Below, piece by piece: positions 41,992 through 51,423 of a stretch of 64,000 nucleotides of DNA (the first letter of the stretch is position 1; the number at the start of each line of letters is the position of its first letter). The stretch spans positions 1 through 64,000 of the forward strand of contig CAWIIV010000025.1 of NCBI GenBank assembly GCA_963836205.1, given 5' to 3'. The notes under the pieces are model-generated. The model did no database searches. It was given only the letters and a program-made list of their open reading frames with translations, and was not told the origin of the DNA. The position numbers were made by a program, and so were the translations under genes. This DNA is from an uncultured Acidimicrobiia bacterium (GTDB lineage: Bacteria; Actinomycetota; Acidimicrobiia; Acidimicrobiales; AC-14).

Positions 41992-42656
41992 TCAGGCGTC
42001 GTCCAAGACGCGCTCGAACGAAGCGGTCAGCCGGGCCGGCTCAACGCCGATACCCGCTGCGACCCCGACGAGGTCGGCCCGGTCGCCGTCCAGCCCGGGC
42101 AGCACCAGCAGGTCGACCAGCGGGCCCGGCTCCCACGCCACCAGGGCGCCGCATTGAAACAGCGTCCCCGCCCGGGTGCGCCGTTGGCTGATCCCGACCA
42201 CCTTGGACCCTCCGACCGTGACCTCGCCCGGCCCCAGACCGGCGAAGCACACCGCGGCCGACCACGCCGTCGCCGCCCGCGCCCGGCCCTCGTGCACCAC
42301 GGCCCCCTCCACGCCGACGTCGGCCAGGGCCCGGGCCCACGCCCGCCCGATCCACCCGAAGGCTCGGCCCACGTCGGACTCGGCCAACGGGTCGCCCGCA
42401 GGAAGGAGGACGTCGGCCCACACCGTCTCCCCCGGGCGGAGGAGGACGGCTCCCCCCCACTCCGACGGCGCACCACCTCGACGCCGGCGGCCTCAGCCCG
42501 AGCCCGGTCGACAATGGCGGACGGCTGGGTGCTGCCGAGCACGAGGATGGGCCGGTCGACGTCGACGAACCAGACCGTCCGCACCGCCGGCACGGGCCAC
42601 GGCCGATCGGCCACCACCGCGGTCGTCGCCCGCTCGTGGTGGACGGCGAAGGTCAG
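41992..42656 (-). CDS. Lipoate-protein ligase family protein, frameshifted at the C7 run 42452-42458
   Basis: LVLGSTQ...VVRRRSGG in one frame; [G]AVLL...VCFAGLGPGEV..KVVGISQRR in the next. One extra G restores RRSGGGAV. Confidence 0.82.
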
Positions 42657-43162
42657 GCCGACAGGGCCGCCCCGGCCTGGAGGTAGGGCTCCCACCGGGG
42701 GTCGATCGTCCCCACGGCCACGATGATCCACGTCAGCTCCTTGGGAGCCATGGGCCGGCGGCGGAGGACGAGGCCGACCTCGTGGAGCATTCGGTCCTCC
42801 TTGCGGCTGTTGCACGGCCGGCAGGAGGCGACCACGTTCTCCCAGACGTGCTCGCCACCCCGGCTGCGGGGGACCACGTGGTCGATGTTCTCGGCCGCCT
42901 CCCCGCAGTACTGGCAGCGGTGGTCGTCGCGGGCGAAAACGGCCCGCCGGTTGAGGGCGGCCCGGGCCCGGAACGGCACCCGCACGAAATGGGTGAGGCG
43001 GATCACCGACGGCACCGGCATCGTCGTGCGCTCGGAATGGAGCTCACGGTCGGACGCGTGGAGGATCTCGGCCTTCTCCTTGAGGACCAGGATCACGGCT
43101 CGCCGGATGGGGACGACGCAAAGCGGCTCGAAGGTCGCATTGAGGACGAGCGCCTTGCTCAC
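42653..43162 (-). CDS. HNH endonuclease (widespread actinobacterial family)
   Basis: LVLNATFEPL, RDDHRCQYC, IDHVVPRSRGG, WENVVASCRPCNSRK. Confidence 0.92.
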   Translation of the reverse strand: MSKALVLNATFEPLCVVPIRRAVILVLKEKAEILHASDRELHSERTTMPVPSVIRLTHFVRVPFRARAALNRRAVFARDDHRCQYCGEAAENIDHVVPRSRGGEHVWENVVASCRPCNSRKEDRMLHEVGLVLRRRPMAPKELTWIIVAVGTIDPRWEPYLQAGAALSA

Positions 43163-43214
43163 AGTCCGGCCCTCAGCCTCGTCGTCGTGGTGGGACGCCC
43201 ATCGGGGCAGAAGG

Positions 43215-43469
43215 CTAGCGCAGGCGACCGAAACGGCGGCACCATTCGAGGTAGGCCACCACGTCGTCGGTGGACGGGGGGCGGTCGGGGTCGCCGTAGG
43301 CAGTCTGCAACCGAAAGCGCAGGTACGAGGGGTCGGGCACCGGGAGAGGCGGCCACCGTCGCCACCAGCCGGGCCGGGCCAGCCGCAACATCTGGCGCAC
43401 GGCGACGGGCCACAGCCCCGGCCGGCGGGCCACCGCGAGGGCGGCGGGGACGAGCCAGGCCGGGCTCAC
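43215..43469 (-). CDS. Small hypothetical protein
   Basis: GTGA overlap with the ROK gene; YLRFRLQTAYG...DDVVAYLEWC. Confidence 0.7.
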   Translation of the reverse strand: MSPAWLVPAALAVARRPGLWPVAVRQMLRLARPGWWRRWPPLPVPDPSYLRFRLQTAYGDPDRPPSTDDVVAYLEWCRRFGRLR

Positions 43470-44326
43470 AGGCGTCCCAGCCCCCGCCACGCCACCGCCC
43501 CCGCGCCGACGAGGTGGGTGCGCTTGCCGAGGCCGGCGGGACGGAGGTCGGTTCCCCGGGAGAAGTCGAGGCGGGCCCGCTCCTCGATCTCGGTCCGGGC
43601 GGCCACCAGGAACGGCTCGCCGAAGCCGGCCGCCACCCCGCCGGCGACGACCGCCACCCGGAGGTCGAGGAGGTTGGCCACCGACGCCACCGCCCGCCCA
43701 ACCAGGCGGCCGGTGCGGGCGACCACCTCGGGCGGGGCGTGCTCGGCCGGGCGACCGGTGGCGGCGGCGATGGCGGCGCCCGACGCCTCCGCCTCCAGGC
43801 AGCCCCGACCGCCGCAGCGGCAGGGGGCGCCGTCGGGCTCGACGACCACGTGGCCGATGTGGCCGGCATTGCCACCGGCCCCGTCGAGCAGGCGACCGTC
43901 GAGGACGATGCCACCCCCGATGCCCGTGGACACCAGGACGGCCAGGAAGTCGGACTCGCCCGCGGCCGCGCCGCACCACCCCTCCCCGAGGGCGAGGGCC
44001 TTGGCGTCGTTGTCGACGAACGTGGCCAGGCCGGTGGCCTCGGCCAGCCGGGTGCGGAGTGGGAACTCCCGCCACGCGGGGAGATGAAGGGGGGAGACGG
44101 CCTCGCCGCCGGGCGACATCGGCCCGCCGCAGCCGACGCCACAGCCCACGACGTCGCCATTGCCCCCGACCGAGTCGATTACCGCCAGCACGACCGCCAG
44201 GAGCGCGTCGGCGGCGGTAGTGGCCGGTGTCGGCGCCCGAGCCGAGGCGACGACCTCGCCCTTCTCGTCGACCAGGCCCGCCGCGACCTTCGTGCCCCCG
44301 ATGTCGACCGCCAGGACCACTTCCAC
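43466..44326 (-). CDS. ROK family sugar kinase
   Basis: AVDIGGTK, DNDA, STGIGGG, GH..CRCGGRGCLE. Confidence 0.92.
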   Translation of the reverse strand: MEVVLAVDIGGTKVAAGLVDEKGEVVASARAPTPATTAADALLAVVLAVIDSVGGNGDVVGCGVGCGGPMSPGGEAVSPLHLPAWREFPLRTRLAEATGLATFVDNDAKALALGEGWCGAAAGESDFLAVLVSTGIGGGIVLDGRLLDGAGGNAGHIGHVVVEPDGAPCRCGGRGCLEAEASGAAIAAATGRPAEHAPPEVVARTGRLVGRAVASVANLLDLRVAVVAGGVAAGFGEPFLVAARTEIEERARLDFSRGTDLRPAGLGKRTHLVGAGAVAWRGLGRL

Positions 44327-44363
44327 GTGCGCCAGTGTCACACCCCCTCGGTACGCTTGTGAC

Positions 44364-44930
44364 GTGACCGCTCCGATCACCACCACGTCGCCCCCGGTTG
44401 GCCGAGTGAGCGTCGAGGAGTTCCTCGCCGGCGACTGGCCGGCCGATGCCTGGCTCATCGACGGGGAGGTCGTGATGAACGACCCGGGGTTCCATCACCA
44501 GGAGGTGGTGGGGCGGCTCTATTGGGCGCTGGCCGAGTGGTGTCGCGCCGGGCCGGAGCGGGGCCGGGCCGGGTTCGGTGGCAATTGGATCTTCGGTCCC
44601 TACACCTTGCTTCGTCCCGACGTGTGGTGGTCGGCCGTGATCCCAACCGGCAACCGCCGCGACACCCCGCCCGACTTGGCCGTCGAGGTTCGATCCCCGT
44701 CGACGTGGCGGTACGACCTCGGCCGGAAACGGGAGATCTACAACGAGGCAGGGGTCCACGAGTTGTGGCTGGTCGACCCGCCAGCGGAGACGATCGTCAT
44801 CTACCGCCGCCCACCGGGCGCGACGGGCTTCGGCCCGGTTGTCGTGGCCGGCGCCGGCGACACCCTCGACACTCCCCTCCTCGACGGCTTCGCCCTGTCG
44901 GTCGACGAGCTCTTCGCCGGTTCGGGCTGA
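44364..44930 (+). CDS. Uma2-family (PD-(D/E)xK) endonuclease
   Basis: LIDGEV, RPDV, PDLAVEVRSPST, K..Y..AGV.ELWLVDP; TACGCT-N6-GTG. Confidence 0.9.
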   Translation: MTAPITTTSPPVGRVSVEEFLAGDWPADAWLIDGEVVMNDPGFHHQEVVGRLYWALAEWCRAGPERGRAGFGGNWIFGPYTLLRPDVWWSAVIPTGNRRDTPPDLAVEVRSPSTWRYDLGRKREIYNEAGVHELWLVDPPAETIVIYRRPPGATGFGPVVVAGAGDTLDTPLLDGFALSVDELFAGSG

Positions 44931-44976
44931 GCCGGCTTCGGCGGGCACGGCGGGTAACCTGACCGAGCACCCCACC

Positions 44977-45948
44977 ATGTCCAGATCTCGCGTCGCGGCC
45001 CGCGCCGTCCAGACCTTCTCCGAAAGCTTCGAGACGGTGGTGGCCAACGTCGCCACCGTCGTCCAGGGCAAGGACGAGGCCATCCGCCTGGCCCTGCTGT
45101 GCCTCGTCGCCGAGGGTCACCTGCTGATCGAGGACGTGCCCGGGGTGGGCAAGACCAGCCTGGCCAAGGCCATCGCCGGCAGCCTCGACTGCACGTGGCA
45201 GCGCATCCAGTTCACGCCCGACCTGCTCCCGTCCGACGTCACCGGGGTGAGCGTCTACAACCGGGCCACCGGCGCCTTCGAGTTCCGGCCCGGGGGCATC
45301 TTCGCCAACGTGGTCGTCGGCGACGAGATCAACCGGGCCTCGCCCAAAACCCAGTCGGCCCTGCTGGAGGCCATGGAGGAGCGCCAGGTCACCGTCGACG
45401 GCACCACCTACCGGCTGGCGGCCCCGTTCATGGTCATCGCCACCCAGAACCCGGTGGAGCACGAGGGCACCTACCCCCTCCCCGAGAGCCAGCTCGACCG
45501 CTTCCTCATGCGCATCGGCATGGGCTATCCCGACCGGGCGGCAGAGATCGGCATCCTCGACACCCACGGCCGCACCGATCCGGCGGCATCGCTGCGGCCG
45601 GTGGCGTCGGCGGCCGAGGTCCAGACCATGACCGCCCTGGCCTCGGCCATCCACGTGGCCGCAAGCCTCAAGGGCTACATCGTCGACCTGGCCGCCGCCA
45701 CCCGGGTCCACCCGCAGCTGGCGCTGGGCGTGTCGCCCCGCGCCGCCCTCGGGCTGCTGCGGGCGGCTCGGGCCCGGGCCGCATCGGTGGGGCGCGACTA
45801 CGTCGTCCCCGACGACCTCAAGGTCCTGGCCCTGCCCGTGCTCGAGCACCGGCTGGCCCTCACCGGCGACGCCCAGCTCCGGGGCGTCAACCGGGCCGAC
45901 GTGCTCCTCTCGGTCCTGAGCTCGGTGTCGGTCCCCTCCACCCGGTGA
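44977..45948 (+). CDS. MoxR-family AAA+ ATPase
   Basis: EDVPGVGKT, RIQFTPDLLPSD, DEINRASPKTQSALLEAM, TQNP. Confidence 0.95.
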   Translation: MSRSRVAARAVQTFSESFETVVANVATVVQGKDEAIRLALLCLVAEGHLLIEDVPGVGKTSLAKAIAGSLDCTWQRIQFTPDLLPSDVTGVSVYNRATGAFEFRPGGIFANVVVGDEINRASPKTQSALLEAMEERQVTVDGTTYRLAAPFMVIATQNPVEHEGTYPLPESQLDRFLMRIGMGYPDRAAEIGILDTHGRTDPAASLRPVASAAEVQTMTALASAIHVAASLKGYIVDLAAATRVHPQLALGVSPRAALGLLRAARARAASVGRDYVVPDDLKVLALPVLEHRLALTGDAQLRGVNRADVLLSVLSSVSVPSTR

Positions 45949-45979
45949 GCCGCCGCGCCCCGATCAGCCCGGCCCGGCG

Positions 45980-47188
45980 GTGAGGGGGTTGCTCACCCGG
46001 CGGGGGTGGGGGGTGGTGGTCGGGGCGTTCGTGCTGGTGGCGGCGGGGCGGGGCCTCGGACTGGTCGAGCTGTATGTGCTGGCCGCCGGCAGCCTGGGCC
46101 TGGTCGTGGCCGGCGTCGTCTACGTCGTCACCCGCCACCCCGACCTGGAGGCGTCCCGGCAGCTCAACCCGCCCCGGGTCCACGTGGGCGACAACAGCCG
46201 GGTCGAGCTGTCCATCCGCAACCGCAGCCGCCGCCGCTCCCCCGTCCTCGCCCTGCGCGACGCTCTCGCCGGGGGTCCCCGCCAGGCCCGGTTCCTGCTC
46301 CCACCCCTGGCGCCCGGGCAGTCCGACCAGGCCAGCTACCGGCTCCCGGCCGACCGCCGGGGGGTGTTCGCCATCGGGCCGCTGGAGGCGGAGCGGTCCG
46401 ACCCCTTCGGACTGGCCCGGCGGGCGTCGGCCATCGCGCCGGTCACCGAGCTCACCGTCTACCCCCGGATCGACCGGATCCGGCCTCTCCCCGACAGCCC
46501 CGGCCGCGACCGCCACCACACCACGCCCCGGGCGGCAGCCGTGGGCCTCACGGGCGAGGACTTCTACGCCCTGCGCGCCTATCAACAGGGCGACGACCTG
46601 CGGCGGGTCCACTGGCCCTCGACCGCCCGCCGGGACGAGGTCATGATCCGCCAGAACGAGGTCCCGTGGCAGGGCCGGGCCACCATCGTCCTCGACAACC
46701 GGGCCCGGCTCCACACCGACTGGTCACTCGAAGCGGCGGTGTCGGCCGCGGCCAGCGTGGTCACCGCCTGCTGGCAGCACGGCTCGGTCGTCCGCCTCGT
46801 CACAACCGATGGCGTGGACTCCGGTTTCGGGTCCAACGCCGGACACCTGGAGGTGGTCATGAGCCGCCTGGCCGTCCTCACCCCGGCCGGCGAGGGTGCC
46901 CCCGGCCTCGACTCCCTCGGCCCCAACCGCACCGTCGACGGGGCGGTGGCCGTGATCACAACGACCGCCGTCGACAACGCCGACCTCGACCGCCTCACCC
47001 GCCTGGGGCGGTCGCCGTCGGCCGTCACCCTGGTCGCCTTCGACGGGCGTCGGCCCCGCTCGGAGTCCGCCCCCTGGCCCGCCATCGGCCACCTGGTGGC
47101 GGTCGGCGCCAACCGCCCCTTCGCCGCCGCCTGGGACGCCACCCTCGCCGCCGGCGCCACCCGCCTCCGCCCCGCGGCCCGCCGATGA
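45980..47188 (+). CDS. DUF58 domain protein
   Basis: DPFGL, LRAYQQGDDLRRVHWPSTAR. Confidence 0.92.
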   Translation: MRGLLTRRGWGVVVGAFVLVAAGRGLGLVELYVLAAGSLGLVVAGVVYVVTRHPDLEASRQLNPPRVHVGDNSRVELSIRNRSRRRSPVLALRDALAGGPRQARFLLPPLAPGQSDQASYRLPADRRGVFAIGPLEAERSDPFGLARRASAIAPVTELTVYPRIDRIRPLPDSPGRDRHHTTPRAAAVGLTGEDFYALRAYQQGDDLRRVHWPSTARRDEVMIRQNEVPWQGRATIVLDNRARLHTDWSLEAAVSAAASVVTACWQHGSVVRLVTTDGVDSGFGSNAGHLEVVMSRLAVLTPAGEGAPGLDSLGPNRTVDGAVAVITTTAVDNADLDRLTRLGRSPSAVTLVAFDGRRPRSESAPWPAIGHLVAVGANRPFAAAWDATLAAGATRLRPAARR

Positions 47189-47380
47189 CCACGGTTGGCC
47201 GTGACGCCGGCCGCCCGGAAGCCGGCGGCCGCGCGGCCAGGACTGCCGTGGTCCGGGTGGTCTCCCGATGACCACGATCCAGCGCCGTCCGGCGGCCGTG
47301 CCCATCCCGGCGGACGTTGCCAGGACTGCCGTGGTCCGGACGGCCGGCCGATGACCACGATCGAGCGCGGTCCGGCGCCC
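47185..47380 (+). repeat. 83-nt period triplicated junction encoding two 28-aa mini-ORFs
   Basis: cgATGACCACG with ATG at 47185, 47268 and 47351; gccaggactgccgtggtccgg shared by the first two units. Confidence 0.85.
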
Positions 47381-49720
47381 GTGCCGAGGGCAGTGGACGA
47401 CGGTCGGTCGGGGCGGGCGGGCGGTCCGGCGGCGGACGGCGGCGGCGGGCGGGTGCGGCGGTTGCGGCGGGCGTCGATCTCCGGCGGGCTGGCTCCGGCC
47501 CTGGCCGAGGCGTCGCTGGCGGTGGTGACGTTGGCGGCCATCGCGTCGCTCACCCGCCTGTTCGCCGACGGGTCGTTCCTGCCTCCGGTCGTGGGTGCGG
47601 CCCTGGCCAGCCACGCGGTGGCCGTCGTCTCCCGCCGCCGGGGCCTCAACCCGCTGGTGGCGGCCGGCATCTCCGGGCTCGGACTGCTCCTGTACGTGGT
47701 CTGGGTGATCGAACCCCACACGACCACCATGGGCATTCCCGGGCCCGACACCCTGGGCGCGGTCGGGTCCGACCTGCGAACCGCCTGGGACCGGTTCGGC
47801 GCGGTCGTGGCCCCCGCGCCCGTCAACCGCGGCTTCATCCTCGCCTGCGCCATCGGCGTCTGGCTGGCGGCGTCGTTGTCCGACCTCTTCGCCTTCCGGG
47901 TGCGGGCCCGGTTCGAGGCCATCGTCCCTTCCTTCACCGTGTTCCTCTTCGGGGCCATGCTCGGCACCGCTCACCACCGGGTCGGCCTGGCCGCCGGCTA
48001 CCTGGCCGCGGTCCTGGCCTTCGTGGTCCTGGCCGACGCCGGCGCCCGCACCACGTCGGGGGCGTGGTTCGGCACCCGGGGGGCACAGGGCGACGGGGCG
48101 GTGCTGAAGGCGGCGGCGGTGCTCGGCCTGGCTGCGGTGGTGGCGGGGGTCGTGCTCGGTCCCCGCCTTCCGGGCGCCGACGCCCCCAGCGCCTTCGGCA
48201 TCGGCGACCGGCCCGGGGCCCGGGGATCGGCGCGGGTCACCGTCAGCCCCCTGGTCGACATCCGGGGCCGGCTGGTGAACCCGTCCGGCGCCGAGGTCTT
48301 CACCGTGGGCAGCCCCGAGCCCGCCTACTGGCGCCTGACGTCGCTCGACCGCTTCGACGGGAGCATCTGGTCGTCCCGGGGCAGCTACCAGCGGGCGAAG
48401 GGCTCACTGCCCGACGGGATCGTCACCCGCGGCCCCCAGCAGCCGCTCGCCCAGGACTTCGTCATCGGCGCGCTGTCCGCCATCTGGCTGCCGGCCGCGT
48501 TCCGTCCCGACCGGGTCGAGGGCGACGTCCCGGGACTGCGCTACGAGCGCGACTCGGGCAGCCTGCTCACCGACCGGGAGTCCGCCGACGGGCTCGCCTA
48601 CACCGTCGAGTCCGAACTGCCCACCCTCACCGCCGACGCCCTCGCCACCGCCCCCGACCAGGTGCCGGGGGCGATCGCCGAGCGCTACCTCCCCCTGCCG
48701 GACGAGTTCCCGGTGTCGGTGCGCCTCCAGGCCACCGAGGTCATGGGCGGCCACGACACCCCCTTCGCCAAGGCCCGCGCCCTCCAGGACTGGTTCCGGT
48801 CGGAGTTCACCTACAGCCTCGACGTGGCCCCCGGCCACGGCGACGACGCCATCCTCCGCTTCCTCGAGGAGCGGGTGGGGTACTGCGAGCAGTTCGCCGG
48901 CACCTACGCGGCCATGGCCCGCTCCGCCGGCCTCCCGGCCCGGGTGGCGGTGGGATTCACCCCTGGCCTCCGAGGCGCCGACGGCCGCTTCCACGTCACC
49001 GACCGGGAGGCCCACGCCTGGCCCGAGGTCTTCCTCGCCGGCTACGGGTGGGTGGCGTTCGAGCCCACGCCCGGGCGGGGCCAGCCGGGGGCGGAGGACT
49101 ACACCGACGTGGCCCCGGCCGAGGCCGAGACACCGGCCACCCCCGACACCACCGTCCCGGGCGCGTCGACGCCGGCCCCCGGGGCCACCACCCCGACGCC
49201 AAGGGCCGACGACCAGCCCGCGGCCGGACCTCTCGACGAGGCCGGGACGTCGGTGCTCAGCCGCCTGCTGCGCCTCGCCCTCGTCCTGGTCCTCCTGCTG
49301 CCGGTGGCGGCGGTGGCGGCGGTGCCCCTGGTCCGCCAGCGGGTCCGTCAGCGGCGGCGGCTGGCGGCCACCACGCCCGCCCAACGGGTGCTGGTGGCGT
49401 GGGACGAGGCCGAGGAGGACCTGGCCGCCACCGGCCTGGGCCAGCAGCGATGGGAGACGGCGGCCGAGTACACGGCGCGGGTCGGACCCGTCGGGGGCGA
49501 CACGGTGGCCCGCCACCTGGGCGTGCTCACCGTCGACGCCGAGGCCGCGGCCTGGTCGGGTGGGGGCGTGGCGCCGGAAGTGGCGGTCCGGGCCGAAGAG
49601 GCCGCCGCCGCCCTCGGCACCGCCCTGCGGGCCGAGGCCACACCCGTCCAACGGGCGACCCGGGCCCTCGACCCCCGCCCCCTGCTGCGCGGCCGCGGGT
49701 ACTTCCGGCGCCCTCGCTGA
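47351..49720 (+). CDS. TgpA-like membrane transglutaminase-domain protein
   Basis: Multiple TM helices, YWR, GYCEQFA, RVAVGF, AHAWPEV, FEPTP. Confidence 0.92.
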   Translation: MTTIERGPAPVPRAVDDGRSGRAGGPAADGGGGRVRRLRRASISGGLAPALAEASLAVVTLAAIASLTRLFADGSFLPPVVGAALASHAVAVVSRRRGLNPLVAAGISGLGLLLYVVWVIEPHTTTMGIPGPDTLGAVGSDLRTAWDRFGAVVAPAPVNRGFILACAIGVWLAASLSDLFAFRVRARFEAIVPSFTVFLFGAMLGTAHHRVGLAAGYLAAVLAFVVLADAGARTTSGAWFGTRGAQGDGAVLKAAAVLGLAAVVAGVVLGPRLPGADAPSAFGIGDRPGARGSARVTVSPLVDIRGRLVNPSGAEVFTVGSPEPAYWRLTSLDRFDGSIWSSRGSYQRAKGSLPDGIVTRGPQQPLAQDFVIGALSAIWLPAAFRPDRVEGDVPGLRYERDSGSLLTDRESADGLAYTVESELPTLTADALATAPDQVPGAIAERYLPLPDEFPVSVRLQATEVMGGHDTPFAKARALQDWFRSEFTYSLDVAPGHGDDAILRFLEERVGYCEQFAGTYAAMARSAGLPARVAVGFTPGLRGADGRFHVTDREAHAWPEVFLAGYGWVAFEPTPGRGQPGAEDYTDVAPAEAETPATPDTTVPGASTPAPGATTPTPRADDQPAAGPLDEAGTSVLSRLLRLALVLVLLLPVAAVAAVPLVRQRVRQRRRLAATTPAQRVLVAWDEAEEDLAATGLGQQRWETAAEYTARVGPVGGDTVARHLGVLTVDAEAAAWSGGGVAPEVAVRAEEAAAALGTALRAEATPVQRATRALDPRPLLRGRGYFRRPR

Positions 49721-49809
49721 CACCGGGCGCTCCGCCCTCGCCCGAGGTCCGCGACTCCAGTTCGGGTGGGTGAGGCTTGCGTCGGCCGGCCAGCGGAAGA
49801 CTCGGTTCT

Positions 49810-49849
49810 TGGGCATGAAAGGAGTGCCAGACGCACCTTTTCATGCCCA
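49810..49849. terminator. Hairpin between the convergent transglutaminase and bfr genes (terminator or REP-like)
   Basis: TGGGCATGAAA...TTTCATGCCCA. Confidence 0.5.
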
Positions 49850-49975
49850 CGACGCACGGCGGACCCGCGAGATCGTGGTCGCGGAACCAGCCGGCCAGGT
49901 CGACAGCCGAGACGGGGCCGGGGACGGGACGGCGCCCGGGCCCCTTCGGCGGGCTTCGACGCCGTCCGGTGAGGG

Positions 49976-50440
49976 TTAGACCTGCTGGGCCAGGTAGAGC
50001 TGCTCGCCCAGCTGCTTGACCAGCTCGAGTTGGGTCTCCAGCCAGTCGGCGTGCTCTTCCTCGCCCGTGAGGATCGTCTCCAGCAGCTGGCGGCTGCCGT
50101 TGTCGCTCTCCCGCTCGCACAGCTCGACGCCGGCCTGGAGGCGGGCGATGGCCGCCGTCTCCAGCTCAAGGGCGAGCTTCAGCTTCTCCACCACCGTCTC
50201 GCCCACCATCACCGTGCCCAGGCGCTGGAGGTTGGGGATACCGTCGAGGTAGAGGATGCGCTCGATGAGCTTGTCGGCGTCCTTCATCTCGTCGATGGAG
50301 TCGGCCTTGATGTGCTCGGCGAGCTCGCCGTAGCCCCAGTTGGCGCACATCTTGGCGTCGACGAAGTACTGATTGATGGCCGTCAGCTCGGCGGTGAGGA
50401 CGTCGTTGAGTACTTCGAGAACTGCCGGGTTGCCGCGCAC
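49976..50440 (-). CDS. bfr: Bacterioferritin
   Basis: [39 protein letters not shown]; GGAGGT RBS. Confidence 0.96.
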   Translation of the reverse strand: MRGNPAVLEVLNDVLTAELTAINQYFVDAKMCANWGYGELAEHIKADSIDEMKDADKLIERILYLDGIPNLQRLGTVMVGETVVEKLKLALELETAAIARLQAGVELCERESDNGSRQLLETILTGEEEHADWLETQLELVKQLGEQLYLAQQV

Positions 50441-50462
50441 GTCTACCTCCGTCGTCGGATGG

Positions 50463-50819
50463 TCAGGCGAAACCGATGGTACTGCCCAGCACCCCGGCCT
50501 CTGGCAGGTCGGCCTCGGTCCGCCCGCCCAGCCCGGCCACGCACAGCGGCTCGCCCTGGGGGCCGCTGTGGTCGGCACAGTTGCCGGAGCAGGTGGACTC
50601 CAGGAACCCGCCGTAGGGATCAAGGGTGGCGGCAGACGTGCAGGCCAGCCCGTCGATGCCGCGGCACTCCCGCAGCAACCGGCGCAGCGATGGCAGGCAG
50701 CCGCCGCAGCCGGTGCCGGCCCCGCACGTCGCCCGCACCTGGGAGACGGTGGAGGCCCCCGCGGCCACCACCTCGCGCACCGATTGCTCGGTGACGGCCC
50801 GGCACAGGCAGGCGTACAC
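50463..50819 (-). CDS. bfd: Bfd-like [2Fe-2S] protein with Cys-rich extension
   Basis: MYACLC...GTGCGGC, adjacent to bfr. Confidence 0.85.
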   Translation of the reverse strand: MYACLCRAVTEQSVREVVAAGASTVSQVRATCGAGTGCGGCLPSLRRLLRECRGIDGLACTSAATLDPYGGFLESTCSGNCADHSGPQGEPLCVAGLGGRTEADLPEAGVLGSTIGFA

Positions 50820-50825
50820 CGGCGC

Positions 50826-51086
50826 TCAGCCCTCGCCGGCCACAGGGCGGTCGCCGATGTCACGGCGCACGACGTACGGGCAGCCGGACTTGATGAGGGC
50901 GTTGGCCCAGTTGAGCGGCACCCGGCGGACGATGGGGAAACGGTGGGCGATCCCGGCCACCTCCGCCTTCACACCGTCGTCGCTCACCGAGATCCGAACG
51001 AACCGCACCCGGCGCATTCCCAATTCGGGGACAAGGGCCGCAGGGACGATCGTCTCCGCGGCGGAATCGGGGTGCCGGACGGCCAC
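50826..51086 (-). CDS. Unknown 86-aa protein, first gene of the bfd-bfr unit
   Basis: Promoter TTGCAG-N17-TAGGGT-N6-GTG; the stop lies 6 nt before bfd. Confidence 0.65.
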   Translation of the reverse strand: MAVRHPDSAAETIVPAALVPELGMRRVRFVRISVSDDGVKAEVAGIAHRFPIVRRVPLNWANALIKSGCPYVVRRDIGDRPVAGEG

Positions 51087-51130
51087 AGGGAGACCCTAAC
51101 CCCGGAGGTTGGGGTCTGCAACAGCATCAC

Positions 51131-51149
51131 TTAGGTATTCCTAACCGAT
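51131..51149. promoter_or_regulatory. DtxR/IdeR-type iron box upstream of the -35 of the orf86-bfd-bfr unit
   Basis: Core TTAGG-TATT-CCTAA; 14/19 match to TTAGGTTAGGCTAACCTAA. Confidence 0.75.
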
Positions 51150-51159
51150 GGCGGAAGGG

Positions 51160-51423
51160 TCATGCGCAGGCCAGGGAGTAGATGCGGCGGGCGGGGCCGG
51201 CGGCGGGCTCGTCCCAACGGGACTCGACCAGTCCGTCCCGCTCCATGGCCCGCAGCGCCCGGTAGACCGCCACCGTGTCGGCCGTCCCCGACGTCGCCGT
51301 CCGGCGGGCGACGCAGCCGAGCCGGTCGCACAGGTCGTAGCCGTGACCGGGCTGCTCCCCCACCATGGCCAGCAGCCGGTCTCGAAGGCACTCGCCGTTC
51401 GTCGCCCCGCAGATGCGTTCCAT
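51160..51423 (-). CDS. Short Cys-rich PadR-family regulator
   Basis: HGYDL, VYRALRAMERDGLVESRW, GPARRIY. Confidence 0.82.
   Translation of the reverse strand: MERICGATNGECLRDRLLAMVGEQPGHGYDLCDRLGCVARRTATSGTADTVAVYRALRAMERDGLVESRWDEPAAGPARRIYSLACA

Noticed and set aside
42653-44930. HNH plus Uma2 as a defence island
   Set aside because: Both are widespread families embedded among housekeeping genes; no methylase, ATPase partner or compositional shift.
47185-47380. Possible degenerate CRISPR array
   Set aside because: Units are homologous along much of their length and encode coupled ORFs; no cas genes.
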